The notes under the pieces were generated by a model that saw only the letters and a list, made by a program, of their open reading frames with translations, was not told the origin of the DNA and ran no database searches. From positions 1 through 64,000 of the IMG/VR virus record IMGVR_UViG_3300032290_001460: 64,000 bases of DNA; one strand, written 5' to 3'. Each line of letters starts with the position of its first letter. The stretch's first letter is position 1. This stretch comes from a virus (taxonomy: Duplodnaviria; Caudoviricetes). Below, piece by piece: positions 1 through 11,077 of this stretch. The position numbers and the translations under genes are program-made.

Positions 1-1896
<1,896 letters not shown>

Positions 1897-1926
1897 TTAT
1901 GATGGGCCCCTCGGGGCAATACTTAC

Positions 1927-3600
1927 TTAGCCTGTTACTACGATTGTGTAGTCGTTGAGAGCAATCGTTCCCAAAAGTGTAACACTGACGACGTCTACAC
2001 TGGTACGAACAATGTCGCCAATAACTGTTGCACCACTAGATACTTCGTAAATCTGAACAATGACATCTGTTGTGCCAAAAAGATGGCTAACTGTTGTCGT
2101 TGAGGTGCCGGAGATGCTGGCGGCGCAACCTTGCTTAGCAATGCGAGCAAGAGCGGGGGTAGAAGTCGTTGCTGTGCCAGCAGAAGTTGCAGTACCAAGA
2201 TTGGTACGAGCACTCGCGGCAGATGAGGCTCCGGTACCACCGTCGGTGACAGCAATATCTGTACCATTCCAAACACCAGTAGTAATTGTTCCAACGGTTA
2301 CGATGTCGTTGTCGCCGGTGTATGTTCCACCAGCAACGGCTGCCAAAGTTGAGTGATACGCCTGTACGTTAGTCCCAATGACTAGACCAAGAGTTGAGCG
2401 TTGTGCTTCTGCATCAGCGTCATCAACTAGAGCGCGACCCGCTGCTGTGAAGTCAGCGAGTGCGGCGGCACCAGAACCAGTAAAGTAAGGGACTTTGTTA
2501 GCAGCAGAAGTCAAACCTGCGATTGCAGCAAGGTCAGCGTCATAAGCCTGAACATCTGTACCAATTGCTAAACCAAGGTTGGTGCGGGCATCTCCAGCAG
2601 TTGAAGCCCCAGTACCACCAGCGGCGATTGCAACGTCCGTGCCGTTCCAGACACCTGTCGTAATTGTTCCGAGTGTGGTAATGGTATTTTGACCAACGTA
2701 GGTTGATGCAATATCAATAGCGTCTTCAGAAACAGAGATACGACCCGCTGTTCCAACAGCATTAATCGTATTCCCATCCTTGGTGAGACCGTCACCAGCC
2801 ATAATTGTTCCAGCACCAGAGAACTGAGCGAAAGTGATTGCGTCCGTACCTACGGTAATGGCTCCGTTGCTTGTTACGACCCAGCCGGAGTCGGCGTTGG
2901 CGGTACCTTCTTCAACAAACGTGAACGCTCCACCAGATACTTCACCTGTACCATCAAAGTCTGTTGCACGAACAGCAGCGCCAGTAGACTGGACTACATA
3001 AATACCGTTTTCAGAAGCGGTGCTTTGGTTCTTTACAAGGACACGGTCGCCAGTGGCAAGCGTTACTCCGTCAATTGCATCGCCATTTTCTAGACCAGAA
3101 GCGAGAAGAACGGCGACGGTAGTTGCTGCACGGACCGACTGCTTAACATCCAGGCCTGAACGAGCGGCATCAACGTAGCCCTTAGTAGCGGCATGGGCAT
3201 CATCTGTAGGGGTGGCAACCTTTAAATTGCCGTTTGCATCACGTTTTGCCAACTTGGAAGCAGTGGCCGAATCGGTGGCGTCTGTAAGCATTTGCCACAT
3301 CGCCGCAGGTAGTAGGCCAGCACTATCAGTATCAGCAACATTCAGGGTGAGGGTTACAGTGCCGTTGGACTCAGAAACTGTGAGGGCCTCGGCAATTCCT
3401 GCGCCGCCACCAGAAGTAATGCTATGTACTGTCTTTCGCCATGCGCTGTTGGCATACACCATAAGGCTGTATGTCGCAGTATTGAAGTACATCCGGCCTT
3501 CAAAGTTGCCGCTACTTGGGTTGGTAGCCAATGCCTCGAATTTTGCGTTAATCAGTTGATTCTGATTGAGGTCAATATTTGTTAGAAACTTCTGAGCCAT
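1927..3600 (-). CDS. Tail fibre-related structural protein
   Basis: 557 aa, Ala/Thr/Gly-rich. Contains ATKGYVD...LDVKQSVRAAT, GDRVLVKNQ and repeated GTITTGVWNGTDxA / GGTGASxAxxARTNLG motifs typical of phage fibre proteins. Confidence 0.75.
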   Translation of the reverse strand: MAQKFLTNIDLNQNQLINAKFEALATNPSSGNFEGRMYFNTATYSLMVYANSAWRKTVHSITSGGGAGIAEALTVSESNGTVTLTLNVADTDSAGLLPAAMWQMLTDATDSATASKLAKRDANGNLKVATPTDDAHAATKGYVDAARSGLDVKQSVRAATTVAVLLASGLENGDAIDGVTLATGDRVLVKNQSTASENGIYVVQSTGAAVRATDFDGTGEVSGGAFTFVEEGTANADSGWVVTSNGAITVGTDAITFAQFSGAGTIMAGDGLTKDGNTINAVGTAGRISVSEDAIDIASTYVGQNTITTLGTITTGVWNGTDVAIAAGGTGASTAGDARTNLGLAIGTDVQAYDADLAAIAGLTSAANKVPYFTGSGAAALADFTAAGRALVDDADAEAQRSTLGLVIGTNVQAYHSTLAAVAGGTYTGDNDIVTVGTITTGVWNGTDIAVTDGGTGASSAASARTNLGTATSAGTATTSTPALARIAKQGCAASISGTSTTTVSHLFGTTDVIVQIYEVSSGATVIGDIVRTSVDVVSVTLLGTIALNDYTIVVTG

Positions 3601-3609
3601 GGTGTTTCC

Positions 3610-3948
3610 TTAGGTTAGGTAAGCGAATCCCGAAAATGCAGCACTAAATAAAATTTGTACTTGAGTACTAGATAAATATTGTATCTCACCGTAGACAACT
3701 GTGTTGCTAGAATCCACAACCATTACACTAGGATTGCCCCCTAGGGTATGAGTAATGGTCCATGTAGAGGACACCGAACCCTGTGTGTGTATGTGTCGCC
3801 TAGTCGGTCCAGAGGCAATAGACCCTGTGGTCACGGTGACGTTATTAACCGTTGTTTGTACAGTAACTAGGTTCTGGTCTTCTTGATTTACGGTGACAGT
3901 ATTCGGAGTATCCTGCTGAATATTGACCGTATTAGGGATACCAGTCAT
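3610..3948 (-). CDS. Small fibre-associated protein
   Basis: 112 aa with motif HTQxxxSSTWTITHTLG..PSVxVVD. Its start overlaps the upstream stop. Confidence 0.65.
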   Translation of the reverse strand: MTGIPNTVNIQQDTPNTVTVNQEDQNLVTVQTTVNNVTVTTGSIASGPTRRHIHTQGSVSSTWTITHTLGGNPSVMVVDSSNTVVYGEIQYLSSTQVQILFSAAFSGFAYLT

Positions 3949-4469
3949 CGGGTAACCTCAGGGAGAAGTGTAAAGGCACCTTTTAGGAGTTTTGAGACTT
4001 GACTTGCTGAATTGATTATTTCCAGGTCGTACACACCGCTTGTTTCAAGTGCTGCGGTCTGTCCTGCCGTCATATTGATGGTTAGTTGTCCACTTGGGGA
4101 GTAAGCCGTTCCTGTTCCACTTCCCACTCCAGTGGCTACAAATGATGTTCCTGCCGTATTATTGGCAGCGCCAATTGCCGTAAATGAAGTATTGCCTGCA
4201 GTCAAAATGACATATCTTGTACCTACAACGAAAGAACCAGCGTTGACCGTTGCTGAAGCGGTATATACGATGCCACCATTCGCTGTCGTGAGTTCAATCA
4301 TGACAATGGATGACTCAATCGTCCGCCGTATCTGCATTCTGCCGGTAAAACCAGTAAAGTTATACGGAAGCATTGTACTGGCGTCATTGGGGTCGGGGTA
4401 TTCCACCGTAATGATGCGACTGAACGTCGAGCCCTGCTCACAAGTTATATTGTATGTTCCTGCAAGCAT
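3945..4469 (-). CDS. Tail/baseplate-associated beta-sandwich protein
   Basis: 174 aa, YNITCEQGSTF...YDLEI...LLKGAFTLLPEVTR. GAGGAG RBS upstream. Confidence 0.65.
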   Translation of the reverse strand: MLAGTYNITCEQGSTFSRIITVEYPDPNDASTMLPYNFTGFTGRMQIRRTIESSIVMIELTTANGGIVYTASATVNAGSFVVGTRYVILTAGNTSFTAIGAANNTAGTSFVATGVGSGTGTAYSPSGQLTINMTAGQTAALETSGVYDLEIINSASQVSKLLKGAFTLLPEVTR

Positions 4470-4531
4470 GGCTCACACTCCTCTAATACTTATAACATTG
4501 TAGTTGAGAGAAGTATATGCTGATAGGACTA

Positions 4532-4747
4532 TTAGAGGATGGAACCAGAATCCTTATTTGAGCCGACTTTTTTGAGCCCAAGTGATGCGGCAACGATAAG
4601 CCCTGCGGCAACGACGCCAGTCTTGAGACTGTCCGTGTTGGTCAGACCTTCAAAGTCTGCGCCAGCATTGACCCAGGCACCCAGGTATGAGGCGAGGAAA
4701 GCAGTGACGGCACGCTCTGCAGTATCTTTAATAAATTTGATTGACAT
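4532..4747 (-). CDS. Holin (r1t-like)
   Basis: KFIKDTAERAVTAF motif, two hydrophobic segments, basic C-terminus. GGAGG RBS before ATG at 4747. Confidence 0.7.
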   Translation of the reverse strand: MSIKFIKDTAERAVTAFLASYLGAWVNAGADFEGLTNTDSLKTGVVAAGLIVAASLGLKKVGSNKDSGSIL

Positions 4748-4851
4748 AAAAACCTCCATACATCAATTCTACTACATGACGATGAGCCCAGAATCTATAT
4801 AAAGTTAAATAGGTGGGTCGCAAATTATAGTAATTGCTTGATTAACAAATA

Positions 4852-5127
4852 CTATACAACTTGCATATATGTTGCTATTAGTGCATCACGAATTTCTGAC
4901 TGAAGGCCAATAGTTGCCCAGCCCACGGTCGGTTTATAAACTTGCAGAACGTTAGTATCCGTCAAATAGCATACTTGCCCATCACCAGGTGCGGCAAGTT
5001 CACTATTGCGGTTAGTATCACCCGTAAACACCATCACAGATTGCTCCATTAAGTACCCTTGAACATCAGCAGCATTCAAAACGCTTCCTGATGTAAAGGT
5101 CTTACGTCCTGCACCTAAACTTGCCAT
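4852..5127 (-). CDS. Small tail-associated protein
   Basis: 91 aa, KTFTSGSVLNAADVQGYLM...GQVCYLTDTN resembles phage fibre N-terminal segments. Confidence 0.55.
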   Translation of the reverse strand: MASLGAGRKTFTSGSVLNAADVQGYLMEQSVMVFTGDTNRNSELAAPGDGQVCYLTDTNVLQVYKPTVGWATIGLQSEIRDALIATYMQVV

Positions 5128-5149
5128 TTTGTCTCCTACTACTATTCTT

Positions 5150-8100
5150 TTATGAACCCAAGGCGCCGCTGCCGAGTGTGGCTAAATCAAGGATTCCGGC
5201 ACCGTAATTGTCTAATATGAAATCTATATTACTTATTTCTTGATGTAAATAAATATACCCCATGGGGCGTACTAATTCGGCAAGTGCTAGAACGGTTGTG
5301 CTACCAAAAGCCCGCACTGGACGCACAAGAAAAGAATTCCCCTTGAGGGTTTCATTATGAACTCCCGGCAATCCATTAAACCAGAAATACCACGCGCTGT
5401 CTGCAGCATATTCAGAAGAAGTCCAATAGTAGTTTCCAATACTAAGGTCTGTATTAATCTGACTTTTATAAAGACCCATTTTTTGGATTTCATCTTTTGA
5501 TGGCAAAAACCAATCAGAATATCCACCATAAGTTAATTCACTACAATACACTGCAGCAGATGTTGCTGCCACATTTCCTGATTGAGCAACAATGTTAATA
5601 GTGTTTTGTGCACCCGTACCTATTGCAGTGCCATCAGCACCAGAAACTTCCGTAGTCCGATTGCTATTGACGTTTGTCGCCCAAGTTCTTTCAACTTCCT
5701 CGCCAACAGGTGCTACTTCGAAATATAGTCCAGTAGCATTGCCTGTGGTGGACGGAGTAATAAATACTTTGCCTCCACCAGGACCAGTATCACCAATCGC
5801 ATACTCTGCAGGTGTCTCGCTAATTTTTGTATAAATGTTTATTGTCCATGGGTCATTCCCAAAAGAAGGAGCAATTGCTACAGTTTTATTGCCAGTTAAA
5901 CACAATTTAACTGCTTCCATCACAGACTGCGTACTGCCAGCCCTATACCCATAATATTTATTAACTAACTGCCATTCAATGAATGCATCTAAATCAACTG
6001 TTCCTGCCGCTACGCCAGGCGGCAATGCTGTAAGAAGTTTTCCTCCAGTGAATTGACTCAACCATTCTCTATTTGCTAGAGAAACATCCGACGGACTAGT
6101 AAGAGTGCTGTTTGCCCAAGGCTCCGTGACATTAGTGCCAACAGGGAGTTCTGAAAGTTCATATGTGAAAAAATCTGAATACGATTGCATCACTTCATCT
6201 GCCTTATAAGTCATGACATCAAGAAGTTTGTAGAAAGGATAATCAGGGTCCTGTTGAGAATCGACGTCCCAATAAAAATGAGGTAGATATTGGCGTCTAG
6301 CGTTCTGTACATAAGTATTTGCCAGCCAACCATAATAGTTATATAAGAATGGCAAAGTTATATAGAATGCTTCACCCCCATGATTAGAAATAGTTATTTC
6401 TATATCAACATCATAAGGAGATAGGGATGTGAAAGAATTAAAAATGTTAGACCTGACAGCACCGTAACGTCCAACAACACCTTGGTAGGTTGGTACACTT
6501 TCTGGCGTAGAGCCACCACTCTCATATAGTTGCACCGTAGAAGTAATACTCCTCGTATTACTGCGTGTCATACAATTGAATGCTAGGGGGAAAGATTCTG
6601 TGCGTTGTAGAATCCAATTATCGTTCGGTCCACCCACGTCAATAACTGTGTAGATACCATTATATTTTGCGTTTGAACCTGTTTCACTCTTTACGAGGAC
6701 TCTTCTACCTTCGTCGCCGCTCGCTTTTGCTACTCCACTTTGAGACATCGGAGATATATTGGTAGATATTCCTTCAACAGTGAATGTGGTTTCGGAAACT
6801 CTAATAATTGGAACTTTAACAATATTATATTCTGCGGGTAAAGTATTGGAAACTGAAATGAGTTGCCCAACAGAAAATCTGTGACCTGCTGTAATGTACG
6901 AAACATTGTTTTGGCTGATATTAGTTACAGTAGATGACGCATAAAGACTTATTGCTGATATTGTTGCAACTAATGTTCCTGAATCTGGGAGCAAGAAAGA
7001 ACGTATTGGCCTAACTAGAAAATCACTACTTTTTGCTACAGTTCCAGACAGTCCACTACTGAATATGTAAAATTGTGCTTCGCTTGCGACTCCAGAGTTC
7101 TCGGAAGAACTCCAATAAGATGTAGGACTGAAATTTCCTGTACCAACTAGATATAGATTTTCGTATACTTCTTGAAGTTCATATAATGATGGTAAGAACC
7201 AATCAGATGCACTACCTAAAACCAGGGAATCACAATACACGGCGGCGCTTGTTGCTGAAACGTTACCTGATTGAGCAACAATATCTATCGTATTTTGTGC
7301 ACCAGTTCCAATTGCCGTACCATTGGCTCCAGAAACTGCGACTGACTGGTTTGCTCCAGTCGACCAAGTTCTAGATACCTCAACCGAAACAGGTGCTACT
7401 TCAAGATACTTTCCGCTTGCATTGCCTGGCGTAGATGGCGTCATGAATATAAACCCACCACCAGGCCCTATGTCACCAATGGAATAAGGTTCAACAGTGA
7501 AGGTGTCGTCAGTTACACTAATAACCACCGCATTGGTAACGTTATATATATCTACTGTGGCTCCAGTGACGGAAACTATAGAACCAACACTAAATTCATG
7601 GTCTGTCGATGTGTAAATTAAACTAGTTTGATTTTCTGACCTACTGGTACTAAGAACGTAAGAATAATTTAGTGGCGTAGATGGGGCAGAGAAAGAACGT
7701 ATTGGGCGGACATTCAGTGGAGTCTTAGTGGTAGAGAATTGATTACCATTAGTAAAAAGTTGATACCACGCTTCATCATTGTCATACTCGGAAGAACTCC
7801 AATATTCAACGTTTGAAAAACCACCAATTGTCGTCTTATTAACATACATTTGGTTGAGTTCATCTTTTGACGGCAAGAACCAGTCGATATAACCACCATA
7901 GGACAAATCATCACAATATGCTGCAGCACTATCTGCGGCGATGTTCCCCGACTGTGCAACGATATTCAATGTATTTGCAGCACCCGTACCAATTGCGGTT
8001 CCGTCAGCACCCACAACGTCGGTAGACGCGTTTGCTAACGCAGACCACCTTCTAGATACTTCGGTGGCGACGGGGGCAGCCTCAAAATATAAGCCAGTAT

Positions 8101-8809
8101 TGTTACCATGTGTTTGAGGTGTGATAAAAATTTTACCACCAGCAGGACCCGTATCCCCAATAGCGTACGCTGGCTGTTCGCCTGTAGCCTTAACGAATGG
8201 TGTCGCAGGACCAATATCTGATTGCATCTCCCCGACAGTGAAAGTGTCCGTGGTTATAGAAATAATTTCCTTATCATAAACAGCATAAGATTCAGGGGCT
8301 ACGCCAGTAACAGTAACTAAGTCACCAACGTTAAAATTATGTCCCACGGCGGTATATGTAGCATCATCACGCTCTGTGCCAGTAACCGCAATGGTGTCAC
8401 CATGAACCAAAGTATCTGTTCCAATTGTTAAAAATTCGTTACTAGAAGAAGTAATAACACCGTCGCTGTACGTATATTCAGACAGTGGTTCCGATGTAAT
8501 ATATTTTACTCTTTCGCTAGTGCTACGATTTGCTAAGACTGTGCTTTCCGTAATATTTGCAGGAACAGATTGATTTTTCAGTCTTACCGTGATAGGTGCA
8601 GTGCTTCCATCTGGTGGTACGACGCTGTAGGCATGATGCGAATAAATATGTTTATAATCTGAAATAAGGCCACCAACTGTCAGTTCGTTGCCGTTCACGT
8701 CAACAACTTCCCAGTTTTCTGCATACCCATTTAGGGCAATAACATTCTCATTTTCGTCTAAAAATGACCATTCATTGTTTTTGCTAAGAAATGATTCTGT
8801 ACGTGCCAT
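5150..8809 (-). CDS. Baseplate wedge-like protein with three Lcl/DUF1566-like (C-type-lectin fold) domains and FCCH-like repeats
   Basis: 1219 aa, follows the baseplate J-like gene. Three copies of YxIGDxGPxGG..DWFLPSxxE..YWxSSE..VRPxRxF and three YxxxxHxFxVGxxxxV repeats. Confidence 0.75.
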   Translation of the reverse strand: MARTESFLSKNNEWSFLDENENVIALNGYAENWEVVDVNGNELTVGGLISDYKHIYSHHAYSVVPPDGSTAPITVRLKNQSVPANITESTVLANRSTSERVKYITSEPLSEYTYSDGVITSSSNEFLTIGTDTLVHGDTIAVTGTERDDATYTAVGHNFNVGDLVTVTGVAPESYAVYDKEIISITTDTFTVGEMQSDIGPATPFVKATGEQPAYAIGDTGPAGGKIFITPQTHGNNTGLYFEAAPVATEVSRRWSALANASTDVVGADGTAIGTGAANTLNIVAQSGNIAADSAAAYCDDLSYGGYIDWFLPSKDELNQMYVNKTTIGGFSNVEYWSSSEYDNDEAWYQLFTNGNQFSTTKTPLNVRPIRSFSAPSTPLNYSYVLSTSRSENQTSLIYTSTDHEFSVGSIVSVTGATVDIYNVTNAVVISVTDDTFTVEPYSIGDIGPGGGFIFMTPSTPGNASGKYLEVAPVSVEVSRTWSTGANQSVAVSGANGTAIGTGAQNTIDIVAQSGNVSATSAAVYCDSLVLGSASDWFLPSLYELQEVYENLYLVGTGNFSPTSYWSSSENSGVASEAQFYIFSSGLSGTVAKSSDFLVRPIRSFLLPDSGTLVATISAISLYASSTVTNISQNNVSYITAGHRFSVGQLISVSNTLPAEYNIVKVPIIRVSETTFTVEGISTNISPMSQSGVAKASGDEGRRVLVKSETGSNAKYNGIYTVIDVGGPNDNWILQRTESFPLAFNCMTRSNTRSITSTVQLYESGGSTPESVPTYQGVVGRYGAVRSNIFNSFTSLSPYDVDIEITISNHGGEAFYITLPFLYNYYGWLANTYVQNARRQYLPHFYWDVDSQQDPDYPFYKLLDVMTYKADEVMQSYSDFFTYELSELPVGTNVTEPWANSTLTSPSDVSLANREWLSQFTGGKLLTALPPGVAAGTVDLDAFIEWQLVNKYYGYRAGSTQSVMEAVKLCLTGNKTVAIAPSFGNDPWTINIYTKISETPAEYAIGDTGPGGGKVFITPSTTGNATGLYFEVAPVGEEVERTWATNVNSNRTTEVSGADGTAIGTGAQNTINIVAQSGNVAATSAAVYCSELTYGGYSDWFLPSKDEIQKMGLYKSQINTDLSIGNYYWTSSEYAADSAWYFWFNGLPGVHNETLKGNSFLVRPVRAFGSTTVLALAELVRPMGYIYLHQEISNIDFILDNYGAGILDLATLGSGALGS

Positions 8810-10581
8810 TAAACTGCCCTAGGTATTAGCACTACGGTTATGTCGGTATCGATGTCAAGAATTCTTGGTAGTGTACCTTTGTATTTAAACTTCAGGTCGC
8901 CGTTGGTCTCGTTGCCATCAGAATTGGAGTCCATCCCGGTAATTGTTATATTGCCAACAGATACGATGCCGTCAATCCCAAGTAGGAAAGATGAGATATA
9001 ACTGAGTCTAAGATGTTCCTCGTTTGTTGGAAAATTATCTGGACTTATCGAGTTAGCAATAACACTTTTAATAAGTAACTCAATATTTGAATCCTGCAAA
9101 GCATCGTTATATACGACGCTGATACTTATTTCAACGTCGGCTCTAAAAAAATCTTTAACTCCTATTGTTAAACCAGAAATACTTTTTGACATCAAATCTG
9201 CGCCAATAGCATTTTTGTCGTTGACACCCAAATCTTGGCCTATGCCATAAACAAACGCCGTGACGTAACCAGTAGAATTGGCAGCACCAATTTCTAAACT
9301 GGCAGTATCTGTGGATTGTGTTCTGTCATAAATACGACACCTAGTAACGTTCGTGTATGCGGTAGCAACATATGCTTGCAGTTGACTTGCAGTAACTAAG
9401 ACGTCAGATAGTGATGCTATCTGTGTCCGTACTCTGCTCAAATATGTGAAGTCATTTTCTGGCTCAATACCGTTGGTAAATGGCGTAGGATAGTAAACGC
9501 CAGTTACGTTGGTCACTGTTCCTACAGTTGGTGTTGTACCACCAGTGACCGTGTAACTCATGCTGGTTGTGGTGAGGATTTCTTGAACGACTACCGATGT
9601 TGGTGAGCCTCCATGAAGAGTCCCTGAACCAGCGGTTGCTGTTAATGTACTACCGGCGACAAACCCTGAAGTTGATTCCATATTGGTAATCGTTGCTGTC
9701 CACGGACTACCCAGGCTCCCGCCGACAGTTAGGGTTAAGTTATTCGCCGATGTTGCGCCACCAAGGCTTGCGCCCGGGATAGTAATCGTATTTCCCAACG
9801 CATATCCAGCACCGCCAGATGTTATAGTGACCGTGATAGCCCCACTATATGCCGTGCCTCCTCCGGCTTTGGCTATCGTAAATACTGCACCACTACCAGT
9901 ACCGCTGGTTGCGCTCTGTGTGACCCCAGTATAAGTTGCTGCCCCTGCAATACTAGTTCCAGAAGCAGTAAACGTTGTAGAACCCTGCAGTAAACCATTC
10001 GCACTAATTGAACCGATAGTTCCAGTAGCACTCAAGCCGTCATCCCAAACATTAACGGACTCTAGATTGACGTTGACATTCATTGGTATAAGAGAGTCGT
10101 CGCTAATCATGGTTGGGTGTAAGCCAATAGCCTGAGAGTAAAGAGTCGCTACAGCAGTCAAGGGTGAACCAGTGTCCACGGCATCAATAGATACATCTTC
10201 TGCTAGTTCATAGGTGTATTGATATGTGTCGCCAGCAATTTTTTCTGAGAAAGAGAAAATGCTTCCTGCTGGAATGTATGCTCCGTCGCTGTCGGCTGCA
10301 ACGAATTCTACAACGACTGATGCTCGGGAACCGTAAGAGCGGCTGACTCCAAGCATTTTTGCTGTTCCTTCCATGAGTCGTGAAGGGAGTCTATTTATTG
10401 CCCCTACTGACAGGGATGACATGTATGCGAATGCCTGAAATAGTGCGTCTTCTGGGGTGCCTTGACGTAGGGTGAACTCTGGCATGGATATGCGGGCGAG
10501 TTCTATCGCACCTAGATAGACGTCTACTGGTTGGACGTCGTATACCGTTAGGTCGATGTATGGTGAAAAATCTGCGGGCAT
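8809..10581 (-). CDS. Baseplate J-like wedge protein
   Basis: 590 aa, GVSR..G..A.V.VEF, GAYIPAG and GIEPENDFTYLSR pattern. Lies after the gp25-like gene. Confidence 0.75.
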   Translation of the reverse strand: MPADFSPYIDLTVYDVQPVDVYLGAIELARISMPEFTLRQGTPEDALFQAFAYMSSLSVGAINRLPSRLMEGTAKMLGVSRSYGSRASVVVEFVAADSDGAYIPAGSIFSFSEKIAGDTYQYTYELAEDVSIDAVDTGSPLTAVATLYSQAIGLHPTMISDDSLIPMNVNVNLESVNVWDDGLSATGTIGSISANGLLQGSTTFTASGTSIAGAATYTGVTQSATSGTGSGAVFTIAKAGGGTAYSGAITVTITSGGAGYALGNTITIPGASLGGATSANNLTLTVGGSLGSPWTATITNMESTSGFVAGSTLTATAGSGTLHGGSPTSVVVQEILTTTSMSYTVTGGTTPTVGTVTNVTGVYYPTPFTNGIEPENDFTYLSRVRTQIASLSDVLVTASQLQAYVATAYTNVTRCRIYDRTQSTDTASLEIGAANSTGYVTAFVYGIGQDLGVNDKNAIGADLMSKSISGLTIGVKDFFRADVEISISVVYNDALQDSNIELLIKSVIANSISPDNFPTNEEHLRLSYISSFLLGIDGIVSVGNITITGMDSNSDGNETNGDLKFKYKGTLPRILDIDTDITVVLIPRAV

Positions 10582-10877
10582 TATTGACGCCTTCTGAAAG
10601 TGAAGGATATGGTATTGCTTCCATCTCCGTCAATGTTGTTGACAACTTTTATAATTTGAACTTCCGGGACAAATCTGCTAGCATTTATTAAAAATTGTCC
10701 TTTGTCGGCTGACTGGAATGTCGGGTCATAAACACCAAAATCTGGCGTCATGCGCAATATCCCTGGTTCCGTGAGGGCAGAAATACTCAGTAGTTGCTTA
10801 TAATAAGAATCGCTGCCGTCATCAAGTTTAGCAAAACCTGTTTCATTATATTCTATTGGGAACCGTAATGAATCCAT
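10581..10877 (-). CDS. Baseplate wedge subunit (gp25/gpW-like)
   Basis: 98 aa, LRFP...LTEPGxxRMTPDFGV. GGAGG RBS. Confidence 0.7.
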   Translation of the reverse strand: MDSLRFPIEYNETGFAKLDDGSDSYYKQLLSISALTEPGILRMTPDFGVYDPTFQSADKGQFLINASRFVPEVQIIKVVNNIDGDGSNTISFTFRRRQ

Positions 10878-10927
10878 TCTGCCTCCTAGTCCACATTAAT
10901 CTTACACTGCAAGCACCATCGTGGGGC

Positions 10928-11077
10928 TTATTTAATGTCAGGCGTAGTGGTTTTCTCTGACATTTCACGCATTGTGCCAATCGTTGCCTCAAGGACAGCA
11001 ATTCGCTGCGCTTGTGCTGCAATCTGGTTTGTCAAAGATTCAATAATCTTGTTGACATCTAATTGTACGTCACTCAT
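10928..11077 (-). CDS. Small coiled-coil protein (49 aa)
   Basis: Read manually: MSDVQLDVNKIIESLTNQIAAQAQRIAVLEATIGTMREMSEKTTTPDIK*. ATGA overlap with the upstream stop, GGAG RBS. Confidence 0.7.
   Translation of the reverse strand: MSDVQLDVNKIIESLTNQIAAQAQRIAVLEATIGTMREMSEKTTTPDIK

Noticed and set aside
5150-8809. Complete diversity-generating retroelement
   Set aside because: No reverse transcriptase or non-coding template repeat is visible in the window. The three copies differ by indels and non-adenine changes.
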